In this document: positions 62,896-64,000 of the stretch, piece after piece | Numbering within the stretch: position 1 is the stretch's first letter | Layout: every line of letters begins with the position of its first letter | Notes under the pieces: model-generated | Told to the model about the DNA's origin: nothing | The model's input: only the letters and a program-made list of their open reading frames with translations | The model's database searches: none | Program-made: the position numbers and the translations under genes | NCBI RefSeq assembly: GCF_001194135.2 | Contig: NC_068982.1 | Location: forward strand, 13,116,383 to 13,180,382 | From: Octopus bimaculoides | Lineage: Eukaryota | DNA length: 64,000 nt | Reading direction: 5' to 3'

Positions 62896-63140
62896 ATTAG
62901 AAAAAATAATAATCAGGTACTCAGATATCTGGATGGTTGTACATTTACAGATTTTTATTCATATGTCACATGTTTTATAAATTAGCGCTTTCATCTAGTC
63001 TTGTAGGTTTCTCTCAAAATTTGATAAACCTACAAGACTAGGTGAAAGCACTAATTTATAAAACATGTGACATATGAATAAAAATCTGTAAATGTACAAC
63101 CATCCAGACATCTGAGTACCTGGTTATTATTTTTTCTAAT
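62896..63140. mobile_element. Young 245 bp palindrome (115 bp arms, 15 nt loop) in (TA)n
   Basis: 62896-63010 versus 63026-63140, four mismatches, all transitions. Confidence 0.9.
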
Positions 63141-63199
63141 ATATAATTCCTGTACATCACCTCCAAACCTTCCAATATATATATATAGATATATTCATA

Positions 63200-63235
<36 letters not shown>

Positions 63236-63245
63236 NNNNNNNNNN

Positions 63246-63302
<57 letters not shown>

Positions 63303-63759
63303 TGTGTGGAAATTGGAAAGTGTTCTTCAAAATGTTGTGTTATGGAAAAAATCTTGTCCTCAGTCGTCTGATAAAATTTGAAAATAGCAATAGCTTTCTG
63401 CATGTTCTTTGAAATTTATTGGAAAAGCAGACATCAATCAAAAAATCTATTGAAGAGCTAAGTCGACACTGCAAGGCAGCTAATGTTCCTACCATCTACC
63501 ATCTGCCATGTAAAAGGAGAGACATACACATCAAGATGACATACAATTTTCAATCTAATACTTAAGAATGAGTGAGGAATACTTGAAATATTGACATTTT
63601 TAAAATTCTTATATTGCTCCTTAACAGTATATTAAAAATATAATCTGTAAACTCAAGAATTTTCTCCACCTTTTCTTTTATCACCTCGGATGCTGGAACT
63701 TAGATAATGATTGAAATATAACAAATTGAGAAGACCTCTGGAGTCAAGTGAAATTATTG

Positions 63760-63890
63760 TCATGGCCGATGCCAGTACCACCTGATTGGTATCCATGCTG
63801 GTGGCACATAAAAAGCACCATTCGAGTGTGGTTGTTGCCAGTGCCACCTGGCTGGCTCCCATGCCGGTGGCACATAAAAAGCACCATTCA
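63760..63890 (+). mobile_element. RTE 3'UTR units without tail
   Basis: Two GCTGGTGGCACATAAAAAGCACCATTC-type units. Confidence 0.7.
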
Positions 63891-64000
63891 ATATATATAA
63901 TGAATATACTAAAAGTTGACAAATTTTTTTATCTTATATTTATTTTGTAGACAAATAATACAAAAGAAATAATACATTTCTAAATCTCTCAGAAACTTTG

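Overview
AT-rich, repeat-saturated animal genomic DNA with several N gaps. The SINE families, RTE/R4 LINEs and (TA)n/(CA)n/(CAT)n microsatellites look like an octopus (coleoid cephalopod) assembly; this is inferred from recognising the repeats and was not verified. No complete protein-coding gene can be read. Most listed ORFs are microsatellite or gap artefacts. Real coding relics are RTE-clade LINE pieces (endonuclease, RT with an embedded PHD-like Cys/His finger, C-terminus plus structured 3'UTR), R4/Dong-clade LINE pieces (one flanked by (TAA)n on both sides), and mariner, maT/Tc1-like and possibly hAT transposase fragments. A few short plus-strand segments with good splice sites and one open frame (25454, 35902, 42101, 42234, 55018, 57589) may be exons of an unidentified large-intron host gene. 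The main discovery candidate is a set of self-cleaving-ribozyme motifs inside fold-back (palindromic) elements: a fully canonical type I hammerhead (41185-41227, minus), minimal hammerheads in both arms of a head-to-head tRNA-derived SINE pair (4003-4446), further Penelope-type hammerheads (40657-40745, 14231-14286), and an HDV-like fold near the 5' end of a short RTE derivative (38680-38739, minus). Other notable structure: a tandem stem-loop array in the RTE 3'UTR, three head-to-tail piggyBac-type MITEs, a mariner MITE built from two 3' ends, serial SINE insertion at one target site, two local templated insertions and an interstitial telomeric tract. All folds and alignments were done by eye.
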